From NCBI GenBank assembly GCA_951406725.2, contig OX597827.1, positions 78,678,001 through 78,742,000 on the forward strand: a stretch of 64,000 nt of DNA, in the 5' to 3' direction. The DNA comes from Octopus vulgaris (taxonomy: Eukaryota). The notes below the pieces were generated by a model. It ran no database searches, was not told the origin of the DNA, and saw only the letters and a program-made list of their open reading frames with translations. A program made the position numbers and the translations under genes. Shown piece by piece: positions 1 through 11,570 of this stretch. Positions within the stretch are counted from its first letter, which is position 1; every line of letters starts with the position of its first letter.

Positions 1-1819
1 AAGACACCAGAAATGCTGTCTCACAGACCACACACTTAAACAAAACAAACAAGAAAAAGCATTTATACTTTAGTCGCATGGTTAATGACTAATGATTTAA
101 CATGACAACCCCCCACCACCACCACATAAGTTGTGTAAGAAACACTGATTAAAGGCCGAGCTCCTATCTAGGTGACCTGCTAGAAATAGCAGTCAAATTT
201 ACTTGAAATTATACTCTTGTCTTTAAAAGAGACATATCAGATAATGTGCTCCCAGATATCCCCCATAAAACAGAGTGGTCACGGTTGGAATGTCTTTGAT
301 TATAGTCTGTCTGCTCGATCAAACCTGATTTGGGGTTAAACAACAATGCAACCTGCACAAACCAAACACTGAGCAGGCCAACGATGATGACTCTTGTATA
401 TAGTTCGTTCATTTGCTAGAAATAGCAACCAAACGTCCCTCAAATTGCACACCCCACTGTCTTGCAAAAAACGAAAGACATACTGAATGTGGTCCTAAAT
501 ACACAGAAAGGAAGACGGGATGGTCACAGATGGAACGTCTTTTGATTACAAGGTCTGCTCGATCAGAGCTAATTCGGTGTCAAACAACTGAGTAAAGTCT
601 GTAAAGTAAAACACCTGCGGCCCCTTGGACTAAGTACAACCTCCCCATAAAAGACTGACAATTAGGGAGTTTAAAATGGGGGACAGCGGGGGCCAGGGTT
701 AAGATTAACAAATCCTTAGAGGTTAAATCAGGATGGAATCATATTTGTAGACAAAAATATTGAACCAGTTTTTTCTTGAATCTCTGCTGAGAGGAAAACG
801 AAGACGAAGACTTTTACCTCATCTTTAATTAATTATAATTATTTCTAATTATTTTTATATTTGACAGTTCCATCTCTCGTAGTCTGTGCTGCGATGATGT
901 TAATACATGTAATAGTGGCCGAAAATGAGGAGAAAATTTGTGCAGATTGGCAAAGGCCAACGAATATCTTCTGCCTTAACTACAATAAATAAATTGTGAC
1001 TTTTGTGTTGCAAACACATTCCTAGAAACAGTGGACAGCATGCTGCCTGGAAGTTGGTTTTCTTTGGGAAAAGTCTGTAATTTGAGGGTAATTACATAGG
1101 ATAGACGATAGAGCGAATGTCTGAGGAGACGAAGAAATAGGTGAGTCGACTCAGGTTGGTCGAGATAATAAAGAAACAGGACGGGGAAGGCCATCGCTTC
1201 TACGCAGCTGGGAATCTCTGATAAATCGACATGACACAAGGAAAACAAACGATTCGACGAAATAAATCGAGGTTGATCTTACCTTGAACAGCACAAAAGA
1301 AGCAGCAAACGCTTCTGGAATCGAGTCGGAATCGAATAAGATGGGCAACAATGATGTAATGTGGCTGTGTGACGGGGTTAATGTCGAATAAACAAGAGAT
1401 GTTTACATCTGGAGTCGGAGAGAGAGAAATGAGAGAAGCAACACATTAGAGACTGAAAGGTCATGTGAGGGAGAAGACAGGCGCGCAAATTAACACACTA
1501 TGGAAGACACGACACGTCTCCACAAACAACGGTCAAACGGATCGTCGTGTCACTTGGTTGCCGTTGCTTTCGTTCAATTATACCTAATCAAATTGTTTTG
1601 TGAATATTAACTTGTGTTCTTGTAGTCGGTGTTTTGTTATTGGTTTGTTACTGCTTGCTTTTGTTGTTGTCTTTGTGATGTAGTTTCTTTGTTGGATAAT
1701 CGATTTGAATCACATAGGTACTTCCGTACTTACAGCATGTGATAAATTATTTCCCTTTATAAGAGCCTTTTATATATAAAAAAAAAATCCATTATACTCT
1801 TATATAAACACACAAGCAG

Positions 1820-2087
1820 ATATTTATATACATACATGCATACACGAATACATACATATATACATATGTATGTGTGTGTATGTATGTACATAAATATATA
1901 TATATGTGTGTGTATTATGTACATAAATATATATATGTATGTATATATACACACGTATGGCTACATATATATTATATATGTACACATGTATAATACATGT
2001 ATATGTGTGCATTTACAAACAAATATATACACATCCTTCCATCTCTCTCTCTCTTTCCCTATATATATATATATATTATACATACAT
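1820..2087. repeat. Mixed TA/CA/TG microsatellite
   Basis: Direct reading; gives spurious Y/I/H/C ORFs. Confidence 0.95.
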
Positions 2088-3528
2088 GGGTGCTAACGTA
2101 TTATGTTTTCGAAACATCGATCAGAACAGTGTAACTGCAAGCGGGGTGACTCCACAGCAGAACGAACTTCTCTACAATAACTACTGACTTCTTGGACGAC
2201 AGTGGAAATGTTTTTACGAACTAGCATAATTATTCTATAAGAAAACCCCTTGACTACAGATTGCGAAACTTGTTCAGTTCACTGTCCGTCTGATTCTAGA
2301 CTCTAATATATTTTACCGTCAAGTATTAATCAGAAAAATGGGCCACACAACTCTTTAGAACATAATACACGGGACATTTGAAGGGAGTAATTATAAAGCT
2401 TTATAAAATACTTTTGGAATAATACAGCCCTTTAAAAATCTCCGCATATCTTGGCAATGAGGCGACCCCGTTTAGAAAAGTTATAGAATCGATGAACGAT
2501 GGTAACAGTGTTAGGTTATACAGGGGCAATCTGCAGTCTGTGGGACCTTGTTCTCGACACTCGCAGAATTATAACTACTTTCAGTAAATTTGGTCTTATA
2601 ATAATGGCTGAAATAACAATTTTTGAAGTTTATTTTAAGCGTAGACAGGCAACATCCACATTTGCATAGCCACTATCATTGTGGTCTTTGTAGGCGGCGG
2701 ATTGGCGAAGTCGTTAGAGCGTCGGACAGATGGTTTCTGACTCGCTGCGCTCAGGGTTCAAATTCCGCCAGGCTCAACTTTATTTTAGCCTTTCAGGGTC
2801 GATAAAAAAGTTCTTATCGAAGGCAATTGATTAGTAGAACTGTAAGAATGTCGGATCAGATAGCTTGTAGTTCAAACCTGGCTTACGTGTGTGACAGACG
2901 TAAGTTACTACCTGGTTTAACACCACTGGCTCCTTGGATCCACTCTGTTGCAAACATTTCACAGGTTTCATCGTCATTTAGCGTCCACTTTCCCTGCTGG
3001 CATGGGTTGGACAGTTTGACAGGAAACTATGCCAAACTTTATTGTCTGTTTTAGCATGGTTTCTGTGGCTGGATGTTCCTATGGCTGTATTAAGTCATAA
3101 GTACTTCATTCCATTCTGAGATCCTGATGTATTCGTTGTTTAGTTTGAATGTCTGTATTCTTTTACCATAAGTCTGCTCAGTCAGAACTGACCCTGGCCA
3201 AGAAGGAAATTTTAGTATGATTGAAACAGAAATGAGCTACAAGAAATAACTCAGAGTGGCTAATGGTATGTAATTAAACTATGTAGACAAATACTAGGAT
3301 ATACTATGATATTAGATATTCCTCCATTTGCCTTGGAAATTTTAGACTGGATAAGTGGGAAGGATGGAAATTGAGAAGTGAAGCAGGTGGTCCTTTATAG
3401 AAGATGACTGTAGCTTGTTAATTGAGAAGAGAGAATGATGTAGCCAGAATAGTGTCGAGAGAGAGCAGGAAGAGTACATCTGTGAATCAGTGGTTGGAGC
3501 TTGTTGAATATACAATGTTACATTTCAC

Positions 3529-3683
3529 GTGGCTGTGTGGAAAGAAGCTCGCTTCCCAGCCACATGGTTCTGGGTTCAGTCCCACTGCGCTGCACCTTGG
3601 GCAAGTGTCTTCTACTATATATAGCCTCAGGTTGATCAATGCCTTGTGAGTAGATTTGGTAGGCGGAAACTGAAAGAAGCCTT
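3529..3683 (+). mobile_element. tRNA-derived SINE family A (head/body); other copies ~5720-5880(-), 11130-11220, 13325-13685, 14790-14980, 17598-17935(-), 17955-18320, 40560-40920, 42165-42370, 48760-49110(-), 49170-49620, 59900-60285(-)
   Basis: Recurrent ggctgtgtggtaagaagcttgcttcccaaccacatggttc.gggttcagtcccactg (A/B-box-like) plus a conserved tail ending ...gactgaaacaagtaaaaga. Confidence 0.9.
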
Positions 3684-3757
3684 GACACATAGTTTAACTT
3701 TGATTTGATGGAGAGAGTGAGCTAAGGTGCAGTACAAACAATTTGATCACTATAGAC

Positions 3758-3958
3758 CAGTGGTTTTCAATCAGGGTTCCGCCAGTACAGTCCAGGGGTT
3801 CCGCAAGAAGTTACAAAACTTCTAAAATCGGCAGTAACTTTTAATTCTCCCGTGCAGATATGTGTGCATAAGACTATTAAATTATTGCACAGGGGTTCCT
3901 CGAGCCAGTGGAATGTTTCCTTGGGGTTCCGCTCCAGCAAAATGTTTGAAAAGCACTG
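3758..3958. mobile_element. hAT-type MITE
   Basis: TIR cagtggttttcaa / ttgaaaagcactg; perfect 8-bp TSD ctatagac at 3750-3757 and 3959-3966. Confidence 0.9.
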
Positions 3959-4290
3959 CTATAGACAAATCATTTGTGAAGGTCATTCGGCAAAAGCTGA
4001 ACAATCATACTTTGTCTTCAACGGGAGAGTCTATCATATATATATATATATACATACTAGCAGCACGGTTTCACTGGTTGGTTTGGATGATGTGGCTGTA
4101 AAACCTGCTCTGTGTAAGCATTCTACTTGTTTGGGCACGCTTACATTAAAAAACAATTTTAGAATGACTTTTTTCTGACAAAACACTAAAATAACTGACC
4201 AACAAAAGAAAAACAACCAAGATTCAACCAAATCAAAAAATAAACCTGAATACTAAGCAAATAAAGATGAACTATCCCACTTCCATTGTG

Positions 4291-4333
<43 letters not shown>

Positions 4334-4662
4334 TCACATACCCCCATCTTTTTACATACACACATATATTCACACAGAGTTGAAACGCTGTTTGATTTAC
4401 TTTTTCAGCGTACAATCTTCGTCATCCAACTACTAAGTATGACATCACCCCTTCCTTTCTCATTCACAAACACAAGAGTATTATTATAGTAGATTATATC
4501 AGTAACCATGGGTGCTATGAAAAAATACAAAGCCCAGCAACACCACCAGATCATTCTACACATCTGTGTAATTTTTCATGCAGTTCCACCCAACCGTTTG
4601 ACCGTGAATCCCAAGACAAGAAAGAATCGCCCATGTCAAATTTATATGTATAGATATATAAA

Positions 4663-4893
4663 TACATGGCCTGATCAATAAGTATCCGGACTGTTGCCAT
4701 AGTAACGAAGCTAAAGCACACAGAGTGAAACCATTTGGAACAGATTGAGCTTGAACTCTGCTGTGCATGGGCATAGCTTTAATGTGCTAGCTCACTTCTG
4801 CTTTTTATTGCAGTGCTTGGAAGGAAGGTGTGTAGTGTGTGATCATTGCATTGACCATGACAGAGAAAGTTGAGCAGAGAATTGGCATCAAAT
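4663..4893 (+). mobile_element. Mariner-like element 5' end fragment
   Basis: TIR-like tacatggcctgatcaataagtatccggactg followed by MTEKVEQRIGIK, typical of a mariner transposase N-terminus (EQRxxIKF). Confidence 0.6.
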
Positions 4894-5084
4894 TGGCAGT
4901 GTGTGTGTGCGTGCATGCGTGCATATGTGTGTTTATATTTGTCCCCTACTGTTGCTTAACAGCCAGTGTCCATGTGCTTTACATCCCCATAACATAGCAG
5001 TTCAATAAAGAAGACTGACAGAATAAGTTATGCTTGTTCCTTCTCGAGCCACCCCTGAAACAAGTAAAAGATAATAGATGTGGC

Positions 5085-5365
5085 CGATGCCAGCGCTGTC
5101 TTCACTGGCTTCTGTGCCAGTGGCACGTAAAAAGCACCAACTGATCGTGGCCGCTGCCAACCTCACCTGGCACCTGTGCCAGTGGCACATAAAAAGCACC
5201 CACTACACTCACAGAGTGGTTGGTGTTAGGAAATGCATCAAGCTGTAGAAGCACTGCCAGATCTGACTGGAGCTTGGTGCAGCCTCCTGGCTTCCCAGAC
5301 CTCGGTTGAACCATCCAACCCATGCTAGCACGGAGAACGGATGTTAAACGATGATGATGATGATG
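5085..5365 (+). mobile_element. Repeat family B with (GAT)n tail (SINE or LINE 3' end); copies 9240-9492, 10820-11000, 20265-20560, 25715-25920(-), 35040-35210, 38085-38343, 39558-39700(-), 40000-40140(-), 54775-54825(-)
   Basis: Shared ...ggttggcgttaggaagggcatccagctgtagaaac...catgctagcatggaaagcggacgttaaacgatgatgatga; variable 5' truncation and a constant 3' tail. Confidence 0.9.
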
Positions 5366-5890
5366 TATGTATTATTAATAATTCTTTCTGCTAAAGGCAC
5401 AAGGCCTAAAATAGTGGATGGGACGGGGTCAGTGTTGTTTAATTATATTGACCCTGGTGTTTGACTTGTACTTTTATTATTATTATTATTATTAACAATA
5501 ATAGGTTACAGAGAGACTCAAGAGGCAAGAGTCTTGGGCACTGGCAGTGGGATTACATTTATACAAAGATCTCCTTTAGTCAGGAATGACCATGGGACTG
5601 CACCTAGAAACTTCCCCTGTATGGCACAAGTCTGAGCTAGGTTGTTTTATGGAAGACCTGCAGCTGCCCATGCACACCAGCCTCCCCTCTCCATACCACC
5701 GAAAGGCAGTGATGGGAAACACACACACACACACACCTGATGGGTTTCTTTCAGTTTCCACCCAGCAAATTCACTCATTCTATACCAAAGCTAAAGTAGA
5801 AAACACTTGAGCAAGGGGCCATGCAGTGGGACTCAACCCAAAACCATATGGTTGGGAAGCAAGCTTCTTATGACAGCTGCACCTACACAT

Positions 5891-6065
5891 TATTTACATT
5901 TGATGGATATTTGTCCTCATCTTGTTTGTTGTTAACACAATGTTTCGGCTGATATACCCTCCAGCCTTCATCAGGTGTCTTGGGGAAATTTCAAACCTGA
6001 GTTCTCATTCCTAAGGTATTTTTTGATGATGATGATGATGATAATGTTGTTGTTGTTGTTGTTGT

Positions 6066-6097
<32 letters not shown>

Positions 6098-6160
6098 TTG
6101 TTGTTGTTGTTGTTGTTGTTATTATTATTCAGGTCACTGCCTGGAATCGAACTTGGTATT

Positions 6161-6191
<31 letters not shown>

Positions 6192-6380
6192 TGATAATAA
6201 TAACATCAAAAAATACCTTAGGAATGAGAACCCAGGTTTGAAGTTTTACCAAGACACCTGATGAAGGCTGGAGGGTAAACCAGCCGAAATATTGTGTTAA
6301 CAACAAACAAGATGAGGACAAATATCCGTCTAATGTAAATATTGTACATAATTCCTCATTTCTTAAACATAGAACTGTAT
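5891..6380. mobile_element. Inverted-duplicated Penelope-type non-autonomous element with hammerhead motifs and partial tRNA-like head
   Basis: 5893-6030 is the reverse complement of 6205-6340. Hammerhead cores at 5934-5979(-) and 6253-6298(+). tRNA 3'-like fragment ttcaggtcactgcctggaatcgaact near 6128-6153. Confidence 0.8.
6253..6298 (+). ncRNA. Type I minimal hammerhead ribozyme motif (decayed copy)
   Basis: gacac-CTGATGA-a-ggctgg agggtaaa ccagcc-GAAA-tatt-gtgtt: stem I gacac/gtgtt, 6-bp stem II. Stem III is mutated from an inferred AACGTT palindrome. Confidence 0.7.
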
Positions 6381-6390
6381 TACCTGCGCC

Positions 6391-6444
6391 TATGTATGTA
6401 TGTATGTATGTATGTATGTATGTATGAATGTATGTATGAATGTA

Positions 6445-6500
<56 letters not shown>

Positions 6501-6970
6501 TGTATGTATGTGTGTATGTATGTATGTATGTATGTATGTATGTATATATGTATGTATGTGTGTATGTATGTATGTATGTATGTATATATGTATGTATGTG
6601 TGTATGTATGTATGTATGTATGTATGTATGTATGTATATATGTATGTATGTGTGTATGTATGTATGTATGTATGTATGAATGTATGTATGTATATATGTA
6701 TGTATGTGTGTATGTATGTATGTATGTATGAATGTATGTATGTATGTATGTATATATGTATGTATGTGTGTATGTATGTATGTATGTATATATGTATGTA
6801 TGTGTGTATGTATGTATGTATGTATATGTGTATGTGTGTATGTATGTATGTATGTATGTATGTATGTATGTATGTATGTATGTATGTATGTATGTATGTG
6901 TGTATGTATGTATGTATGAATGTATGTATGTATATATGTATGTATGTGTGTATGTATGTGTGTGTGTATG

Positions 6971-7004
<34 letters not shown>

Positions 7005-7259
7005 TGTATGTATGAATGTATGTATGTATGTATGTATATATGTATGTATGTGTGTATGTATGTATGTATGTGTGTGTGTATGTATATATGTATGTATGTG
7101 TGTATGTATGTATGTATGAATGTATGTATGTATATGTGTGTGTATGTATGTATGTATGTATGTATGTATATATGTGTGTATGTATGTATGTATGTATATA
7201 TGTATGTATGTGTGTATATATGTATGTATGTATGTATGTATTGGTATACACGAACCCCA

Positions 7260-7298
<39 letters not shown>
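6391..7298. repeat. (TATG)n microsatellite (~850 bp) followed by (CA)n
   Basis: Direct reading. Confidence 0.98.
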
Positions 7299-7299
<1 letters not shown>

Positions 7300-7435
7300 T
7301 ATACTTGCTGGGTCTGGCGGAAGGAGCAGCCCCAAAGATTTGAGTAGAGATGTTCTGAGCCCAACCAACTCCAAGATGTAAACTTTAACACACTTTTTAC
7401 ATCTTTCAAGATAAAGTTAAATAATTACAAAAATT

Positions 7436-7478
<43 letters not shown>

Positions 7479-7974
7479 TAATAATAACACTCTGACATTT
7501 AGAAAGTTAATCTGCTGGTTTGATTAAATCTCTGAGCAGCAGGTTTTTCTGAACCAACAATGAAAGCTGTTCCTAGCTATTGTATAATTACCTCCCTTGT
7601 CCAGCTTGGCTTCTCTCTCATTCCAGTTGTGTTTATTAATAACAGTCGATGTTTTATTTTAGTTGTAGTTTTCTAAACCAGGGCAGAAACAATTTTTAGT
7701 TCCAAGGGTAAATTGTAAGGGCCTAAAAAACCAAGTGGCAGTACATATATGCTGAGAAAAATTTTGTAAATTTAGAGTTATGCAGTATATTTAATTACAG
7801 TTCAGTTTTGGTTTTCTATCTTCAGAAACAAAAGACTAACTTTTTCTTAAAGACGAGTCACTTCCAGAGAATTCTTCATTCTTCATATCATTTCCTCTTC
7901 TAATTCTAAGCAAGCTACAATTGCTATTAGGCATTTGTTTACTTCCTCGCAAAGAGATGATTGTTTCAATAAAT

Positions 7975-8218
7975 CTGCGACAATTTCATCTCAATCGAAG
8001 GAGAGGGGCTTTCTCCGTCCGGGTTGCGGATCCGTGGAATAAGCTGCCGGACGAGATGGTGAAGATGCCGACGACCACTCGGTTCAAAGTCTCCCTTGAC
8101 CACAAGTGGCCTGAACTCTTTACATGAACACCACCCTGTACATAACTCCATGTCCCCCTACATGGCCTTGCTTTTTTGCTTTTTGAGCCCAAAAATTAAC
8201 TAACTAACTAACTAACTA
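7975..8218 (+). mobile_element. CR1/L2-type LINE 3' end with (TAAC)n tail; second copy 38625-39005
   Basis: RRGAFSVRVADPWNKLPDEMVKMPTTTRFKVSLDHKW matches the CR1 ORF2 C-terminal pattern FSxRVxxxWNxLP..FKxxLD; two near-identical copies. Confidence 0.85.
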
Positions 8219-8351
8219 AATTAAAAACTCACACTGTATGATACTTGATAGACCTTTTACCGTGAGGGCACATGGCTAAATGGTTAGGACATTCAGGAAA
8301 TGGTTGTACGGTCATGAGTTCAATTCCAGGTGGTATGTTGTGTCCTTGAGA

Positions 8352-8587
8352 AGGCAGTGAGCTGGCAGAAACGTTAGCACACCGGGCGAAATGCTTAGCA
8401 GTATTTTGTCTGCCGTTACGTTCTGAGTTCAAATTCCGCCAAGGTCGACTTTGCCTTTCATCCTTTCGGGGTCGATTAAATAAGTACCAGTTACGCACTG
8501 GGGGTTGATATAATCAACTTAATCCATTAGTCTGTCCGTGTTTGTCCTCTCTGTGTTTAGCCCCTTGTGGGTAGTAAAGAAATAGGT
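8352..8587 (+). mobile_element. tRNA-derived SINE family C (Nin-like central domain); copies 2695-2810, 26020-26250(-), 34430-34850(-, two), 52750-52900, 55140-55350, 56345-56580(-)
   Basis: gagctggcagaaacgttagc...gagttcaaattccgcc (B box) plus gcctttcatcctttcggggtcgataaa body. Confidence 0.85.
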
Positions 8588-9599
8588 ATGTTGTGTCCTT
8601 GAGCAAGACACTTTATTGCATGTTGCTCCAGTTCACTCAGCTGGCAAAAATGAGCTGTACCAGTAATTCAAAGGGGGCCAGCCTTGTCACATTCTGTGTC
8701 ACACTCAATCTTCCTGAGAACTATATTGAGGGTATGTGTGTGTCTGTGGTGCACTCAGCCACTTGCACATTCATTTCACAAGCAGGTTTTTCCATTGATC
8801 AAATCAACTGAAATCCTTATTGTTGTGATTGACAGAGTGGTCAGTTTACCATCTTTTTTGTCCAAATTCAGTCCACTGGCCACTCCAAGGTACTGTCCTT
8901 TGGTCATTTTTGCTTACACACATGCACCTGCACACACGTGTAGGTTTGTTCGCACATGCGTGCGTGTGTAAAGCAATTATAGCATGGGAGACACAGCAAT
9001 TTGAAAACGCACAGAAACTGTTGACTTCACTGAAACCTTCGTTATTGGTAATGAAAGCGTGTCAGTGACCAGGTTGCAGTTGGTATGAAGAAGACTTTTA
9101 GGGATTTAACAACAGTGTAAACAGTGGGTTCTGGGTAGGGGTCTTGAAAACTATAAAAAGGACAGACTACTTCTGTTCCAATCCGGCTGAAAAAAAATCT
9201 ATCCATCCCCACCCCTACCCCATTAAATATTTGTATGTTGTGCCAGTGGCACGTAAAAAGCACCAACTGATCGTGGCCACTGCCAGCCCCCCCTCTCTGG
9301 CACCTGTGCCGGTGGGACATAAAAAGCACCCACTACACTCACAAAGTGGTTGGCGGTAGGAAGGGCATCCAGCTGTAGAAACACTGCCAGATCAGACTGG
9401 AGCCTGGTGCAGCCTCCTGGCTTCCCAGACCCCAGTTGAACCGTCCAACCCATGCCAGCATGGAAAACGGACGTTAAACGATGATGATGATGGTTTTAAT
9501 CCTTCTGTTGAGCTGACCAAAAAGATTGTTGGTTTTTTTTAAGTGAAATAAAGGCACAAGTTTTAAACACAAAATGATTTAATCAATCAATGATATAAC

Positions 9600-10600
9600 G
9601 ACTCTTTTGCCCATTGCATCTGTCATTTTGGAGGAACATTCATTATTCTCTGTTCAAAGAATTTCCTGTCTTTACTGGCAAACAACTCTTCCAGGTGAAT
9701 TTTGACATCCTCTTCAGAGCTGAGGGTCTGTCCATTCAATGTATTTTGAAGAGCCCAATCACAAGGCCAGACAATTATGGAGGGTGCAACAAAACCTCCC
9801 CAGTAAAGCCCTTATAACTTCTACCATGTCTGCAAAGACGTGTGCAGTCTGGTATTGTTGTGAGGAAACAGGATGCCCTTACAATTAGAAAGTGCTGGAT
9901 GCCATGGATGGATTGGTGCATTTAATTTGTCCAGCTGGTCAAAGTACACATCTGACTTAACAGTCCTGTTCATGGGAAGGAACTTGTAAAAGACATCTGT
10001 TCAACCCCACCAAATTGAGGGCATAACCTTCTTCAAGTGAAGTCCTGTTTTGGAGGTTGTTTGTGGTGGTTTGCTGTGCTTTCTCCATAATCGTTTGTGC
10101 TTTACATTGTTATAACTGATTCAGCTCTTGTCCTTTGTCACTATTTTCTTCAAAAAAAGACCGTTTTCTTCACATTTCTGCAACAAATTGCTGATGTAAT
10201 CAAGTTGACGCAGGTGGTCTTCAGTGCTCCATTTGGCCATTGGGAGAATATCTACAATCATCCTGATCTTATGACAGATGTTTGTGGTGACCAACTCCTT
10301 CAATTTGTTGCTGTTAATCTCAGTTACCTGGCCAAAGCAAGGTGCATCTTGAACAGAAAATTCTTCCCAATTGAAATCTTGAAAAACTACTTCTGACAGA
10401 GACATTCCATAACAACATCCGCTCAGTACACAATGCATGTCTTCCTGCAAGTTTCCACCACTTTCTAAAATAGAAAAGCACGAGGTGGTGATAATATTTG
10501 CTCTTCATTTTCAGGGTGATTCCAAGCAAACAAAATACAACTTGCTTTGTTTCAAATTCACGTTGAACTACATTGAAGAGTCAAGTATCCTTTAAGTGTG
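9600..10600 (-). mobile_element. Degenerate mariner transposase remnant
   Basis: FSVQDAPCFGQ..LKELV..STEDHLRQLDY..FLKKIVTKDKS resembles the mariner HTH region and the FLxxIVTGDEKW motif; contains stops and frameshifts. Confidence 0.7.
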
Positions 10601-10719
10601 CATCCACAAGGGACAGGTACTTATTAGGGTGTTTGATGGTTTAAGTTGACAAAAACCAAACAAGACACTTTGGACAAACCAATATAAACTACATTATAAT
10701 CAAATACCTAGTTTAAACC

Positions 10720-11103
10720 GGTTAAATCCGGCCCGAATATTGTACTCATTTTATGCTCAAACTGGCCAGAACTAGTATCTCACACCTACCCTGCAATGTC
10801 ATTCTAAAAATAAACAATCGTTCGCCAGCCTCGTCTGGCACCTGTGTTGGTGGCACATAAAAAGCACCCACTACAATCACAGAGTGGTTGGCGTTAGGAA
10901 GGGCATCCAGCTGTAGAAACACTGCCAGATCAGACTGAACCATCCAACCGTGCTAGCATGGAAAGCGGACGTTAAACGATGATGAGGATGATGATGATGA
11001 TCATTCAAATCTCGAAGCTACAAAATAATACCAGATTAATTTTTTTAAATGTAAATGAATAAGGATTACTTTTAACATATTAATTTGAACGCTAAAGGGT
11101 TAA
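10720..11103. mobile_element. piggyBac-type MITE remnant (ends aaagggTTAA) interrupted by a family B insertion; related reverse copy ~15702-15869
   Basis: Shared ctcacacctaccctgcaatgtcattctaaaa / ttttagaatgacattgtagagtaggtgtgag; GGG-TTAA terminus. Confidence 0.6.
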
Positions 11104-11570
11104 ATCATTTTTATCAGATATAGACACAGGCTTAGCTGTGTGGTTAAAAGTTTCACTTCACAATCACATGGTTCCAGGTTCAGTCCCACTGCAGGGCACC
11201 TGAGACATGTATCTGCCATATTCATATCTATGGCAGAATCTTATTGTTGTACATATTATTTTGTGTGTGTGTGTTTCTATGTCTGTGTATAGAAACAAGG
11301 TGTAAAATGGTGTGTTGAGTTGTGTCCCTTTCTGTCAAAAAGTATTTTAACAATTGTAAATATTAATATCGGGGTTGATACAACAGACTAAACACTTCAA
11401 TTGATGCCCCAGCATGGCCACAATCCAATGACTGAAACCAGTGAAATAAATAATATAATAAAGATATTAGGAAGTAATTAGGTTGTTATTTCTAGCAGAT
11501 TGAACAACCACATAGTAGCGCACAACTCAGTTTGTCATCAACACTGTTTACTGTCATTGTCACAACACAT

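Noticed and set aside
2659-2666. Octamer ATTTGCAT as an snRNA-type distal element
   Set aside because: Lies downstream of the plus-strand structured block, and no PSE or snRNA body is recognisable on the minus strand
5971-7381. Long ORFs (up to 467 aa) of YIHT/MYVC repeats; likewise 16742-17337, 21297-22471, 23701-24178, 45450-47394
   Set aside because: Translations of stop-free microsatellites
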